Source: an uncultured Gemmiger sp. (GTDB taxonomy: Bacteria > Bacillota > Clostridia > Oscillospirales > Ruminococcaceae). Taken from it: a stretch of DNA of 64,000 bases. Position numbers and translations under genes: made by a program. Each line of letters opens with the position of its first letter. Position 1 is the first letter of the stretch. Below, in pieces: positions 9,358 to 18,590 of the stretch. The notes beneath the pieces are model-generated. The model saw only the letters and a program-made list of their open reading frames with translations, did no database searches and was not told the DNA's origin. The stretch spans positions 2,243 to 66,242 of the forward strand of contig CALXHR010000008.1 of assembly GCA_944388175.1 (NCBI GenBank), written 5' to 3'.

Positions 9358-12300
9358 TCAGCTTGCGCTCCTGCCATTGGGCGCGGGTGACCAGCACCGC
9401 GCGAGGCTTGGCGCCCTCGTACGGGCCGATGACTTTTTCCTGTTCCATCTGGTCCATGATGCGGGCGGCGCGGGCATAGCCCAGCTTGCAGCGGCGCTGC
9501 AGCAGGCTCGTCGAAGCCTGCCCGGCCTCGATGACGCACTCGACCGCCTGCTCGAACATCGGGTCCAGCGCGCCGCCCTCGGCGTCGTCCTCGCCTTTTT
9601 TGCTGCCTTTTTCGGCCACGGCGCGGCGCTCCATCTCGGCGATCATTTCCTCGTCGTACTGGGCCGAGGAAGTGGACTTGATAAAGCTGAGCACGGCGCT
9701 GATCTCCTCGTCGGTGACAAACGTGCCCTGCACGCGCACCGGCTTGGACGCGCCGACGGGCAAAAACAGCATATCGCCGTTGCCCAGCAGCTTCTCGGCG
9801 CCCGAAGCGTCGAGGATGGTGCGCGAGTCGATCTGGCTGGAGACCGCGAACGCGATGCGGCTGGGGATGTTGGCCTTGATAAGACCGGTGATGACGTCGA
9901 CGCTGGGGCGCTGCGTGGCGACGATGAGGTGGATGCCGGCCGCGCGGGCTTTCTGCGCGATACGGCAGATGTAGTCCTCGACTTCCTTGCCGGCGACCAT
10001 CATGAGGTCGGCCAGTTCGTCGATGACGATGGCGATGTAGGGCAGGTGTTCCAGCCCGGCCTGCGCGGCCAGGCGGTTGTAGGCCTTGATCTCGCGCACG
10101 TTATTCTCGGCAAAGAGTTTATAGCGGCGCTCCATCTCGGCCACGCTGGCGCCCAGCGCGCCGGCGGCCTTGCGCGGCTCGGTGACGACGGGCATGAGCA
10201 GGTGCGGGATACCGTTATACTCGGCCAGTTCGACGACTTTGGGGTCGATGAGGATGAGTTTGACGTCCTCGGGCCCCGAGCGGAACAAAAAGCTGATGAT
10301 GATGGAGTTAACGCACACCGATTTGCCGCTGCCGGTGGAACCCGCGATGAGCAGGTGCGGCATCTTGCACAGGTCGGCCACCTGGGCGGTGCCGGCAATG
10401 TCCTTGCCGAGGGCCATCGTCAGCGGGCTGCGCATGTTGATGTAGTTCTGCGCTTCAAACACCGAGCGGATGTTGACGGTGGAACGGATTTTGTTGGGCA
10501 CCTCGATGCCGACGGCCGGTTTGCCGGGGATGGGCGCTTCGATGCGCACGCCCGCCGTGGCCAGGTTGAGCGCGATATCGTCGGCCAGGCTGGTGATGCG
10601 GCTGACCTTGATGCCGGCCTGGGGCTGCAGTTCATACCGCGTGACCGAGGGGCCGCGGCAGATATCGAGAATCTTGGTCTTGACGCCGAAACTTTCCAGC
10701 GTGTTGACGAGGGTATCGGCGTTGCGCTTCATCTCGCGCGCAGCGCCGGCTTCATCCTCGGGTGAAGTGGCGTTGAACAGGTTGAGCGAGGGGTAGCAGT
10801 AGGGCTTGGGCGGCTCTTTTTGCATCGCGGCCAGGTCCATGGCAGCCTTGGCGGCCTGCGGCGGCGTGTGCACCGGCGCGCCGGAGGAATTGCCGACGCT
10901 GCTGCTGACCTGCAGGCGGGCGGCTTCGCCCCCCTGCGGCACGGCAAAGCTCTGCTCGGTGCCGGTGGGCTGGGCGTCCAGCAGGTCGGAGATCGGTTTA
11001 CCGGCCTGCCAGGCTTCCCCGGCCGCCTGGGCGACGTCAAAGCTGCCGCCCAGCGTGGGGATGGCCGTGCCCGCCATGGCGGCGCGCAATTCCTCCTGCG
11101 TAAGTACACGGGTATCGCCCCGCACACGCTCGGGCGCCGGTGGCGGCGCGGCCGGCGGTTCCGGCGTATCCGCGACCGGGACCAGCGGCGTAGCAAAATC
11201 TGCCGAGGTCTGCAGCGGCACCGCGAACCCCTGGGTATCCTCTTCTTCGGCCAGGCCGGCCGTGCCCTCGGCGTCATAGGGCGCGTGGCCGTTGACGGCG
11301 CGGTCGATCAGGGCGTCGAGTTCATCGCCCGCCGAGGCCTGCGGCGCGGGTTCCGGCTGCAGCGTCAGTTCAAAATCCTCCTGCGGGGCGGGGGTCGGGG
11401 TGGGTTCCTCCTTGGGGGCATGGTAGCGCTGCGGGTCGGAAAGATGTGAGAGCGGGTCCAGCCCGAACGTGCCGCCGGGGCCGATCTCGATGCGCTGCAG
11501 CGGGTCGTGGTCGATGGCCTGCTGCAGCGCCCCCTGCTCTGCCCCGGGGCCCAGGTCCACATCAAAGGACGCGCGCGGCGCGGCGCGGCGCGCTGCCGTG
11601 GGCGCAGGGGCCGGCGCAGGCTGCGCATGGCCGCCCGGCGCGCTGCCGGTATCGGCAATGACGTCGTACGCCGGGCGGTGGCGGGCCGGTTCGCCGGGCA
11701 ACGTGCCGGTCAGTTCCTCCAGCGATTCCTCCTGCGGGGTCTCGCCAAACAGCGGCGTGTCGTACCCGGCTTCGCGCTCGCTGCGGGCAGCCTGCAATTT
11801 GCGGTATTGACCGTCCACAAACTGTACAACGTCCACCGGGGTGATGGCAAAAAACACCATCAGCCCCAGCGCAAACACCAGCAGCATAATCACGTTGGAC
11901 GCCGGGCGGCCAAACAGCGCCAGCAGCGTGCCGCCGATGGGCGCGCCGAGGACGCCGCCCTCCCAAAAGCCGGTCTGGCCGCGCATGTACAGCATTTTTA
12001 TGATTTCCCAGGCGTTGGCGTCGCTGGTGGAAACCTTGGAGAATACCACCGGCACGCCCGCGCACAACGTGGCCATAAGCCCCACTTTGCCCGCAAACAG
12101 CCCTACACGGTAGCCGGACGCCAGCAGGTAGGCCAGGTAGAGCAGAAACGGCCCCGCCAGGTAGGCCATGATGCCGAACAGCCCAAAATATCCGCCGCGC
12201 ATCGCGCGCCAGATGTTCTGCCCCGGCACCAGCACCATTGCCACGCACAGCAGCCCCAGCCCGGCCAGCAGCACGCTGGGCAGCAGGTTGGGAGTCTGGG

Positions 12301-12442
12301 CACGGCGCTGCGCGCGGCGCGAGACCTGTTTTTGGCTGCGCGACGCGCCCGCGCGGCTGCCGGACGAACGCGAACGCCCGGAAGATGCGCGACCGGATGT
12401 GGATTTTCTACCGCCGCCTTGGCGGGAACGAGATTGAGCCAT
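9335..12442 (-). CDS. ftsK: DNA translocase FtsK/SpoIIIE
   Basis: N-terminal TM segments, long linker, GSTGSGKS, IDPK, ATQRPS, LGYARAAR gamma domain. Confidence 0.95.
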   Translation of the reverse strand: MAQSRSRQGGGRKSTSGRASSGRSRSSGSRAGASRSQKQVSRRAQRRAQTPNLLPSVLLAGLGLLCVAMVLVPGQNIWRAMRGGYFGLFGIMAYLAGPFLLYLAYLLASGYRVGLFAGKVGLMATLCAGVPVVFSKVSTSDANAWEIIKMLYMRGQTGFWEGGVLGAPIGGTLLALFGRPASNVIMLLVFALGLMVFFAITPVDVVQFVDGQYRKLQAARSEREAGYDTPLFGETPQEESLEELTGTLPGEPARHRPAYDVIADTGSAPGGHAQPAPAPAPTAARRAAPRASFDVDLGPGAEQGALQQAIDHDPLQRIEIGPGGTFGLDPLSHLSDPQRYHAPKEEPTPTPAPQEDFELTLQPEPAPQASAGDELDALIDRAVNGHAPYDAEGTAGLAEEEDTQGFAVPLQTSADFATPLVPVADTPEPPAAPPPAPERVRGDTRVLTQEELRAAMAGTAIPTLGGSFDVAQAAGEAWQAGKPISDLLDAQPTGTEQSFAVPQGGEAARLQVSSSVGNSSGAPVHTPPQAAKAAMDLAAMQKEPPKPYCYPSLNLFNATSPEDEAGAAREMKRNADTLVNTLESFGVKTKILDICRGPSVTRYELQPQAGIKVSRITSLADDIALNLATAGVRIEAPIPGKPAVGIEVPNKIRSTVNIRSVFEAQNYINMRSPLTMALGKDIAGTAQVADLCKMPHLLIAGSTGSGKSVCVNSIIISFLFRSGPEDVKLILIDPKVVELAEYNGIPHLLMPVVTEPRKAAGALGASVAEMERRYKLFAENNVREIKAYNRLAAQAGLEHLPYIAIVIDELADLMMVAGKEVEDYICRIAQKARAAGIHLIVATQRPSVDVITGLIKANIPSRIAFAVSSQIDSRTILDASGAEKLLGNGDMLFLPVGASKPVRVQGTFVTDEEISAVLSFIKSTSSAQYDEEMIAEMERRAVAEKGSKKGEDDAEGGALDPMFEQAVECVIEAGQASTSLLQRRCKLGYARAARIMDQMEQEKVIGPYEGAKPRAVLVTRAQWQERKLNGQYEEG

Positions 12443-12609
12443 AGTGAAACTTTCCCCTCTGTCACTGCAAAGACCTATACAAAAAGCGGCAAAACGAAAG
12501 CGGCACAGCCGCCTTTTTGCCAAAAGGATATTTAGTGTCTATTGTAGCACGAACGGGCGGCCTTGTAAAGAAAAGCCGCCCGCCGTACAGGACCCTTTGC
12601 CGCCCGCTT

Positions 12610-13350
12610 TCACCGCCCGGGCCGGCGGCGCGGCGCGCGCTCGATCTCGGCATAGAGGTAGCGCAGCGCGTCGGACAACCCGCCCAGCTCGTCGATGAGC
12701 CCCTCCTCGACGGCCTGGCGGCCGTCGAGCACGGTGCCCATATCCATGACGAGTTCGCCGGTGTTGTGCATCAGCGTGGTGAACCGGCGCGCCGTGATGC
12801 CGGAATGCCCGGCCACAAAACCGACGATGCGCTCCTGCATCTGTTCAAAATAGCGCAGCGTCTGCGGCACGCCCAGCACCATGCCGGAATGCCGTACCGG
12901 GTGCACCGTCATGGTGGCGGTGGGCACAATGAAACTGCGCCGGGCCGAGACCGCCAGCGGGATGCCAATGGAATGCCCGCCGCCCAGCACCAGCGTGGCG
13001 CTGGGTTTGCCGACCCCGGCAATGAGCTCTGCGAGGGCCAACCCCGCTTCGACGTCGCCGCCGACGGTGTTGAGGATGACGAGCAGGCCCTCGATCTCGG
13101 GGTCCTCCTCGATATCGACAAGCTGGGGGATGACGTGCTCGTACTTGGTGGTTTTCTGGTTATCCGGGGCCAGGTTATGCCCCTCGATGGTGCCGATGAC
13201 CGTCAGGCAATGGATGGCGTGCCGCCCTTTGGTGGCCGGCAGGATGCCGTCCTCGGTCATAAGGTCGTGTTCCAGGCGTTTGAGGGCCGCGCTCTCATCC
13301 GGGTTGAGGGCGGCCCCCGTGCCGCTGTTGCGTTTGGCGTGGGTTTGCAT
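12610..13350 (-). CDS. tepA: TepA/ClpP-family peptidase
   Basis: TTKYEHVIP, LNTVGGDVEAG, GGGHSIG, HPVR; conserved position upstream of ftsK. Confidence 0.85.
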   Translation of the reverse strand: MQTHAKRNSGTGAALNPDESAALKRLEHDLMTEDGILPATKGRHAIHCLTVIGTIEGHNLAPDNQKTTKYEHVIPQLVDIEEDPEIEGLLVILNTVGGDVEAGLALAELIAGVGKPSATLVLGGGHSIGIPLAVSARRSFIVPTATMTVHPVRHSGMVLGVPQTLRYFEQMQERIVGFVAGHSGITARRFTTLMHNTGELVMDMGTVLDGRQAVEEGLIDELGGLSDALRYLYAEIERAPRRRPGR

Positions 13351-13384
13351 GGCGCTGCGCTCCTTTTCTTTGGCCTGTTTGCCC

Positions 13385-13414
13385 CAGTATACCCCGCGCC
13401 CGGCCGCGTTATAC
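13385..13414 (-). promoter_or_regulatory. sigmaF/G-like forespore promoter for tepA
   Basis: GTATA-N15-GGGTATACTG fits GYATA-N15-GGnnAnAHTR. Confidence 0.55.
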
Positions 13415-13463
13415 GCCGGTGCGGGCCGCCCGCAAAGCTGCCCGCAAAAACTTAGATAAAAAA

Positions 13464-13492
13464 TTGACAACTCAACCGCCAGTATTTATAAT
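13464..13492 (+). promoter_or_regulatory. Consensus sigmaA promoter for rex-tdk
   Basis: TTGACA-N17-TATAAT. Confidence 0.85.
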
Positions 13493-13581
13493 ATTTATGG
13501 AGAACTTATATTATAAGAAAATTTATAGATCATCGCCCCGCGCAGCAAACCTGCCGGGCCCCTGCTGTGAGGTATCACGAT

Positions 13582-14220
13582 ATGCCAGTTCAAAACAAAG
13601 CGTCCCTGCCCGTGATCAAACGGCTGCCCAAATATTACCGTTACCTGACCAACCTGGCCGCCGAAGGGCGGGAGAAAATTTCTTCCAGCGAATTGGCCCA
13701 CATGATGGGCACCACCGCCAGCCAGGTGCGGCAGGATTTCAACTGCTTTGGCGGGTTTGGCCAACAGGGCATCGGCTACAAAGTCGACGTGCTGCGCGCC
13801 GAGATCGGCAAGCTGCTGTTTGGCGACGGCGAGCGCCTGCCCACCATCCTGATCGGCGCGGGGCACCTGGGTTCGGCTGTGTCCAGCTTTATCAGCCGCG
13901 ACACCAACGGCTACCGGCTTATCGGCGTGTTTGACGTCAAGCCGGAACTGTTCGGCCAGACGATCTGCGGGGTGCAGATTTTCCCGCTGCAGGAGTTGGC
14001 ACATTTTTGCGCCGAGCACCACCCCGCCGTGGCGGTGCTGTGCGTGCCGCGCCAGAGCGCGATGGACCTGGCCGGCGAACTGGTTGCGTACGGCATCCAG
14101 GGCGTGTGGAATTTCAGCCACTATGACCTTTCGGTTGAGTACCCGCAGCTTACGGTAGAGAACGTGCACCTGGGCGACAGCCTGATGAGCCTGGGCTACC
14201 GCCTGCGCAACCAGGAATAA
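13582..14220 (+). CDS. rex: Redox-sensing transcriptional repressor Rex
   Basis: RLPKYYRYL, ISSSELA, QVRQDF, FGQQGIGY, IGAGHLG, GVWNFS. Confidence 0.95.
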   Translation: MPVQNKASLPVIKRLPKYYRYLTNLAAEGREKISSSELAHMMGTTASQVRQDFNCFGGFGQQGIGYKVDVLRAEIGKLLFGDGERLPTILIGAGHLGSAVSSFISRDTNGYRLIGVFDVKPELFGQTICGVQIFPLQELAHFCAEHHPAVAVLCVPRQSAMDLAGELVAYGIQGVWNFSHYDLSVEYPQLTVENVHLGDSLMSLGYRLRNQE

Positions 14221-14231
14221 CGGAGGGCACC

Positions 14232-14840
14232 ATGGCAAAACTGTATTTCCGCTACGGCGCCATGAACAGCGGCAAAACCACCGCCCTGATGCAGGTCGCC
14301 TACAATTACAAAGAGCGCGGCATGCGCGTGCTGATCTTGAAACCGTCCCTTGACACCAAGGGGCAGGACCGCATCGTCTCGCGCCTGGGCATCGAGTGCA
14401 AGGTCGACCAGCTCGTCACGCCCGAGATGGACATTGTGGAACTGGTCAAGGCCGACACCGCCAAAAACGGCCCGCTGGCCTGCGTATTGTGCGACGAGAG
14501 CCAGTTTTTTACCCCCGCACAGGCCGAACAGCTGTTTTTGGTGACCGTAGATTTGAGCGTGCCGGTGATCTGCTACGGGCTGCGGGCCGACTTTATGCTG
14601 CACGGGTTCCCCGGCTCGACCCGGCTGCTGGAACTGGCCCATACCATTGAGGAACTCAAGACCATCTGCGCCTGCGGGCGCAAAGCGATCTGCAACGGGC
14701 GCAAAGTCAACGGCGAGTATGTGTTTGAGGGGGCGCAGATCGCCATTGACACGGTCGACAACGTCGAATACCAGAGCCTGTGCCCGCAGTGCTGGTACCG
14801 CGAATACCGCGCTTTTTTGAAACGCCACGGCAAGACTTGA
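14232..14840 (+). CDS. tdk: Thymidine kinase
   Basis: YGAMNSGKT, DESQF, YGLRADF, Zn cysteines. Confidence 0.95.
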   Translation: MAKLYFRYGAMNSGKTTALMQVAYNYKERGMRVLILKPSLDTKGQDRIVSRLGIECKVDQLVTPEMDIVELVKADTAKNGPLACVLCDESQFFTPAQAEQLFLVTVDLSVPVICYGLRADFMLHGFPGSTRLLELAHTIEELKTICACGRKAICNGRKVNGEYVFEGAQIAIDTVDNVEYQSLCPQCWYREYRAFLKRHGKT

Positions 14841-14859
14841 ATACCGGCCGCCCCAAAAC

Positions 14860-14892
14860 GACCGCCCGGACCCATGCAAGGTCCGGGCGGTC
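14860..14892. terminator. Hairpin between convergent tdk and the AraC gene
   Basis: GACCGCCCGGACC / GGTCCGGGCGGTC inverted repeat. Confidence 0.65.
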
Positions 14893-14894
14893 TG

Positions 14895-15755
14895 CTATTT
14901 GTTGCGCCGGGAATACTGGCGGTACTGCTGCGGCGAAAGGCCGGTTGCCTCCTTGAACACGCGGCGGAAATGCGCCGTGGTCATAAAGCCGGTTTTTTCG
15001 GCGATGGCGGAGATGCTCTCGGCCGATTTTTCGATGCGGTTCTGCGCTTCCTTGACGCGCACGCCGTTGATGTATTCGATCAGGCTGAGGTTCGTCGATT
15101 TTTTGAACAGCCGGCTGAGATAGTACGGGCTGATGTAAAACTGCCCGGCGATACCGGTCAGGGTCAATTTCTCGGCATAATGCTGCGAGATATAGGCCTG
15201 GATCTGGTCCACGATCTGGTTGCTGACGCGCCCGCGCTCGCCGCCCTGCTCGCGCTGCCGGGCGCAAAGGTCTTTGAGTTCCAGCAACAACGTGCCCAGC
15301 ATCATTTTGCGCATGGCTTCCCGCTCCGGCGTGGGGTCGCCTTCCAGCAGGAGCAGCTGCTGCAGCATGCTTTGGATGTGGTTTTGCTGCTTGACCGAGA
15401 TGTTGGAAAGCAGATGGTTGTGCTCATCCGTCAGGAACGTGAAGAAATCTACGTCCGGGAACGCGGCCGCGATGGTCTCGAGGTATTCGCGGCTGAAATT
15501 GAGCACAATGCGGCTGGAGGGGGCGTCCCCCAGCGAAGCGGTCTTGTGAATCTGGTTTTCGCCAATGAGCACAAGGCTGCCCGCGTTGACGATGTAGGCC
15601 GAATCCTCGATAAAATAGCGGCGGGTGCCGGCGATCTCGTAGTAAATTTCATACTTATGGTGGATGTGGAAACTGGGCATGTAGAAGCCCGTGTCGCGGT
15701 CGATGCGCTCGATGAAAAAATCGGCCCGCGGATCATAGATGTATTCAGAGACCAT
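14895..15755 (-). CDS. AraC-family transcriptional regulator with cupin sensor domain
   Basis: HIHHKYEIYY cupin; YLSRLFKK...FRRVFKEATGLSP HTH. Confidence 0.9.
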   Translation of the reverse strand: MVSEYIYDPRADFFIERIDRDTGFYMPSFHIHHKYEIYYEIAGTRRYFIEDSAYIVNAGSLVLIGENQIHKTASLGDAPSSRIVLNFSREYLETIAAAFPDVDFFTFLTDEHNHLLSNISVKQQNHIQSMLQQLLLLEGDPTPEREAMRKMMLGTLLLELKDLCARQREQGGERGRVSNQIVDQIQAYISQHYAEKLTLTGIAGQFYISPYYLSRLFKKSTNLSLIEYINGVRVKEAQNRIEKSAESISAIAEKTGFMTTAHFRRVFKEATGLSPQQYRQYSRRNK

Positions 15756-15905
15756 GGCAGACCCTCTTTTGTGTGGTGTTGCCGCCCCGCGCGCGGTGCC
15801 AAAGCGGCTCTTTTTTGCTAATATGGATAGAATAGCACATTTTTTGTTATTTTTCAAATGGTTTTTTGCAAAAAATGTCCTTTTGTCACCTCATTTGCGC
15901 AAAGC

Positions 15906-15936
15906 AAAAGCACCGGGTGCTGGCAGCACCCGGTGC
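15906..15936 (-). terminator. Intrinsic terminator of htpG
   Basis: GCACCGGGTGCT/AGCACCCGGTGC stem followed by TTTT. Confidence 0.7.
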
Positions 15937-15952
15937 AGGGGTTGGTCTGTAC

Positions 15953-17854
15953 TTATTTCATCAGGCCGCAGACGAGCTGGGCGTAGGCCACGGGGTCTTC
16001 GATGGGCAGGCCCGCAATGAGCAGCGCCTGGTCGTAGAGCAGCTCGGCATACTGGGCGATCTTGGCGCTGTCGCCGGCTTCGTGCGCGGCTTTGAGCGCG
16101 GCGAACACCGCGTGGTTGGGGTTGAGTTCCAGCACTTTGGTGCTCTCGACGCCTTCACCGTTGGGCATGCGGCGCAGCACTTTTTCCATTTCCATCGAGA
16201 TGCCGCCCTCGCTGGACAGCGTGACGGGGTGTTCCTGCAGCGTGGGGTTGACCTTGACCTCCTTGACTTTGCCGTTCAGGGCTTTCTGGATTTCGTCAAA
16301 CAGGTCCTTGTTCTCGGTGGCGGTCTGCTCGGCGGCTTTCTTTTCTTCCTCGGTTTCCAGGCCCAGGTCGCCGGCATTGATGTTCTTGAACTCTTTTTCT
16401 TTGTAGTCGTGCATCATCTGCAGGCAGAACTCGTCGACGTCCTCGGTGCACAGCAGCAGGTCGTAGCCCTTGCTCAGCACCAGCTGGGCGTTGGGCAGCT
16501 TGCCCAGGCGGTCGAGGTCGTCGCCGGCCGCAAAGTAGATGCACTTTTGCCCCTCGGGCATGGCTTCGATGTATTCGTCGAGGGTGACGTACTTCTTCTC
16601 TTTGGCGGACCAGAACAGCAGCAGGTCGGCCAACAGGTCCTTGTGCATGCCGTAGTCGCCGTAGATGCCGAACTTGATCTGGCGGCCGAAGGATTTCCAG
16701 AACGTCTCGTACTTTTCGCGGTCGTTGACGAGCATGGCGTGCAGCTCGTTCTTGATCTTCTTCTCCAGGCTGTTGCGCATCAGCTTGAGCTGGGCATCCT
16801 TTTGCAGCGTCTCGCGGCTGATGTTCAGGCTCAAATCCTCGCTGTCGACGACGCCCTTGACAAAGCTGAAGTAGTCGGGCAGCAGGTCGGCGCATTTTTC
16901 CATGATGAGCACGCCGGAAGCGTACAGCGCCAGGCCCTTCTCATACTCTTTGGTGTAGTAGTCGTACGGCGTGCGGCCGGGGATGAACAGCAACGCCGTA
17001 TAGGTGGCCGTGCCCTCGGTGCGGCTGGTGATGACGCGCAGCGGGTCGGTGTAGTCCATGAACTTGGACTTGTAGAACTCGTTGTAATCCTCGTCCTTGA
17101 CCTCGCTCTTGGCGCGCTTCCAGATCGGCACCATGCTGTTGAGGGTCTCGAGCTCGGTGTAGGTCTCGTACTCGGGCTTGTAGTCGTCGCCGGCGTCCTC
17201 CGGTTTGGGTTTCTGGCGGGACTTTTCGCGGTACATCGTGATTGGAAAATGGATGTAGTCGCTGTATTTTTTGACAAGCCCGGCCAGCGTGTACTCGTCG
17301 AGGTAGTCGCTGTAATGCTCGGTGTCGGTATCCTCCTTGAGCACCAGGATGACCTCGGTGCCGACGTCGTCCTTGTCAGCTTCGGTCAAAGTATAGCCCT
17401 CGACGCCCTTGGACTCCCACTTCCAGGCGGTGTCCGCCCCCTGCGCGCGGGAAATCACGGTGACTTTGGACGCCACCATGAACGCCGAGTAGAAGCCGAC
17501 GCCGAACTGGCCGATGATGTCGATGTTCTCACTCTGGTTTTCGGTCTTGAAATCCAGCGAGCCGGAACGCGCGATGGTGCCGAGGTTCTTTTCGAGTTCC
17601 TCTTTGGTCATGCCGATGCCGTTATCGCGGATGGTCAGCGTGCGGCTGTCTTTGTCGGGCTGGATGTGGATGTGCAAGTCGTCCTTGCCGATGCCCATGG
17701 AGGTATCGGTCAGGCTCATGAAATAGCGCTTGTCGCAGGCGTCCGACGCGTTGGAGATCAACTCGCGCAGAAAAATCTCGCGGTTGGTGTAGATAGAATT
17801 GATCATCAGGTCGAGCAGTTTTTTGCTCTCGGCCTTGAATTGACGCATTGCCAT
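15953..17854 (-). CDS. htpG: Chaperone HtpG (Hsp90)
   Basis: FLRELISNASDA, DNGIGMT, IGQFGVGFYSAF, LNISRE. Confidence 0.97.
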   Translation of the reverse strand: MAMRQFKAESKKLLDLMINSIYTNREIFLRELISNASDACDKRYFMSLTDTSMGIGKDDLHIHIQPDKDSRTLTIRDNGIGMTKEELEKNLGTIARSGSLDFKTENQSENIDIIGQFGVGFYSAFMVASKVTVISRAQGADTAWKWESKGVEGYTLTEADKDDVGTEVILVLKEDTDTEHYSDYLDEYTLAGLVKKYSDYIHFPITMYREKSRQKPKPEDAGDDYKPEYETYTELETLNSMVPIWKRAKSEVKDEDYNEFYKSKFMDYTDPLRVITSRTEGTATYTALLFIPGRTPYDYYTKEYEKGLALYASGVLIMEKCADLLPDYFSFVKGVVDSEDLSLNISRETLQKDAQLKLMRNSLEKKIKNELHAMLVNDREKYETFWKSFGRQIKFGIYGDYGMHKDLLADLLLFWSAKEKKYVTLDEYIEAMPEGQKCIYFAAGDDLDRLGKLPNAQLVLSKGYDLLLCTEDVDEFCLQMMHDYKEKEFKNINAGDLGLETEEEKKAAEQTATENKDLFDEIQKALNGKVKEVKVNPTLQEHPVTLSSEGGISMEMEKVLRRMPNGEGVESTKVLELNPNHAVFAALKAAHEAGDSAKIAQYAELLYDQALLIAGLPIEDPVAYAQLVCGLMK

Positions 17855-17880
17855 GCAGAAAGACCTCTCTTTTGAGTAAA

Positions 17881-17941
17881 TTAGCACTCTTTTGCTTGAA
17901 CTGCTAAATGTAGTTTAGCACCCTTTGCAGCAAAGTGCAAT
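17881..17941. promoter_or_regulatory. Tandem CIRCE (HrcA) operators overlapping the htpG promoter
   Basis: TTAGCACTC-N9-AACTGCTAA (17881-17907) and TTAGCACCC-N9-AAGTGCAAT (17915-17941); minus-strand TTGCAC-N17-TAAACT promoter overlaps the second. Confidence 0.8.
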
Positions 17942-18095
17942 GCATTTCACAAAAAATTTAAAAAGCGCGGTTTCCCCTTTTCAAACACGCCGAATTGGGG
18001 TATGCTGTAGCTGGGGTGTATCTGAAAAATCCCCCGCGCTTTTGCTTTATTAGATACACCCTAAAGACCTTTTGCGAAAAGGATGGGATGCAACG

Positions 18096-18590
18096 ATGTC
18101 GAAATACGGCGACAAAGCCTACGAGGCATTTTTTAAGGGGTACAACTGCAGCCAGTGCGTGGTGCTGGCGTTCGCCGCCGAGATGGGCCTGACCGAGGAA
18201 CAGGCGCTGAAACTTTCCTCCGGCTTTGGCGGCGGCATGGGCCGCATGCGCGAGGTATGCGGCGCGTTTTCGGGCGCGGTGCTGGTGCTGGGCGCGCTGT
18301 ACGGCAACACCGACCCGGCGCGCAAAACGCAGACCTACACCGAGGTGCAGGCCCTGGCCGCACAGTACCGCGCGCGCAACGGCGGGGGCAGCATCGTCTG
18401 CCGCAAACTGCTGGGCCTGAAACAGGCCGAGGGCAGCCCCGTGGCCAGCCCCCGCACGGCCGACTACTACAAAAAGCGCCCCTGCCCCGAGCTGGTGCGC
18501 CTGGCCGCCGACCTGATGGCCGAATACATAGAACAGCACCCGCGCCCGGCGGCCAGCGCCGGTAACGAGAAGGGAGACGCCCCGACATGA
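18096..18590 (+). CDS. C_GCAxxG_C_C family redox-active protein
   Basis: GYNCSQ, GFGGGMG, VCGAFSG, SIVC, C-terminal C. Confidence 0.85.
   Translation: MSKYGDKAYEAFFKGYNCSQCVVLAFAAEMGLTEEQALKLSSGFGGGMGRMREVCGAFSGAVLVLGALYGNTDPARKTQTYTEVQALAAQYRARNGGGSIVCRKLLGLKQAEGSPVASPRTADYYKKRPCPELVRLAADLMAEYIEQHPRPAASAGNEKGDAPT

Noticed and set aside
13507-13519. CTTATATTATAAG palindrome in the rex leader as a Rex operator
   Set aside because: Does not match TTGTGAA-N4-TTCACAA; short AT-rich palindrome that may be chance
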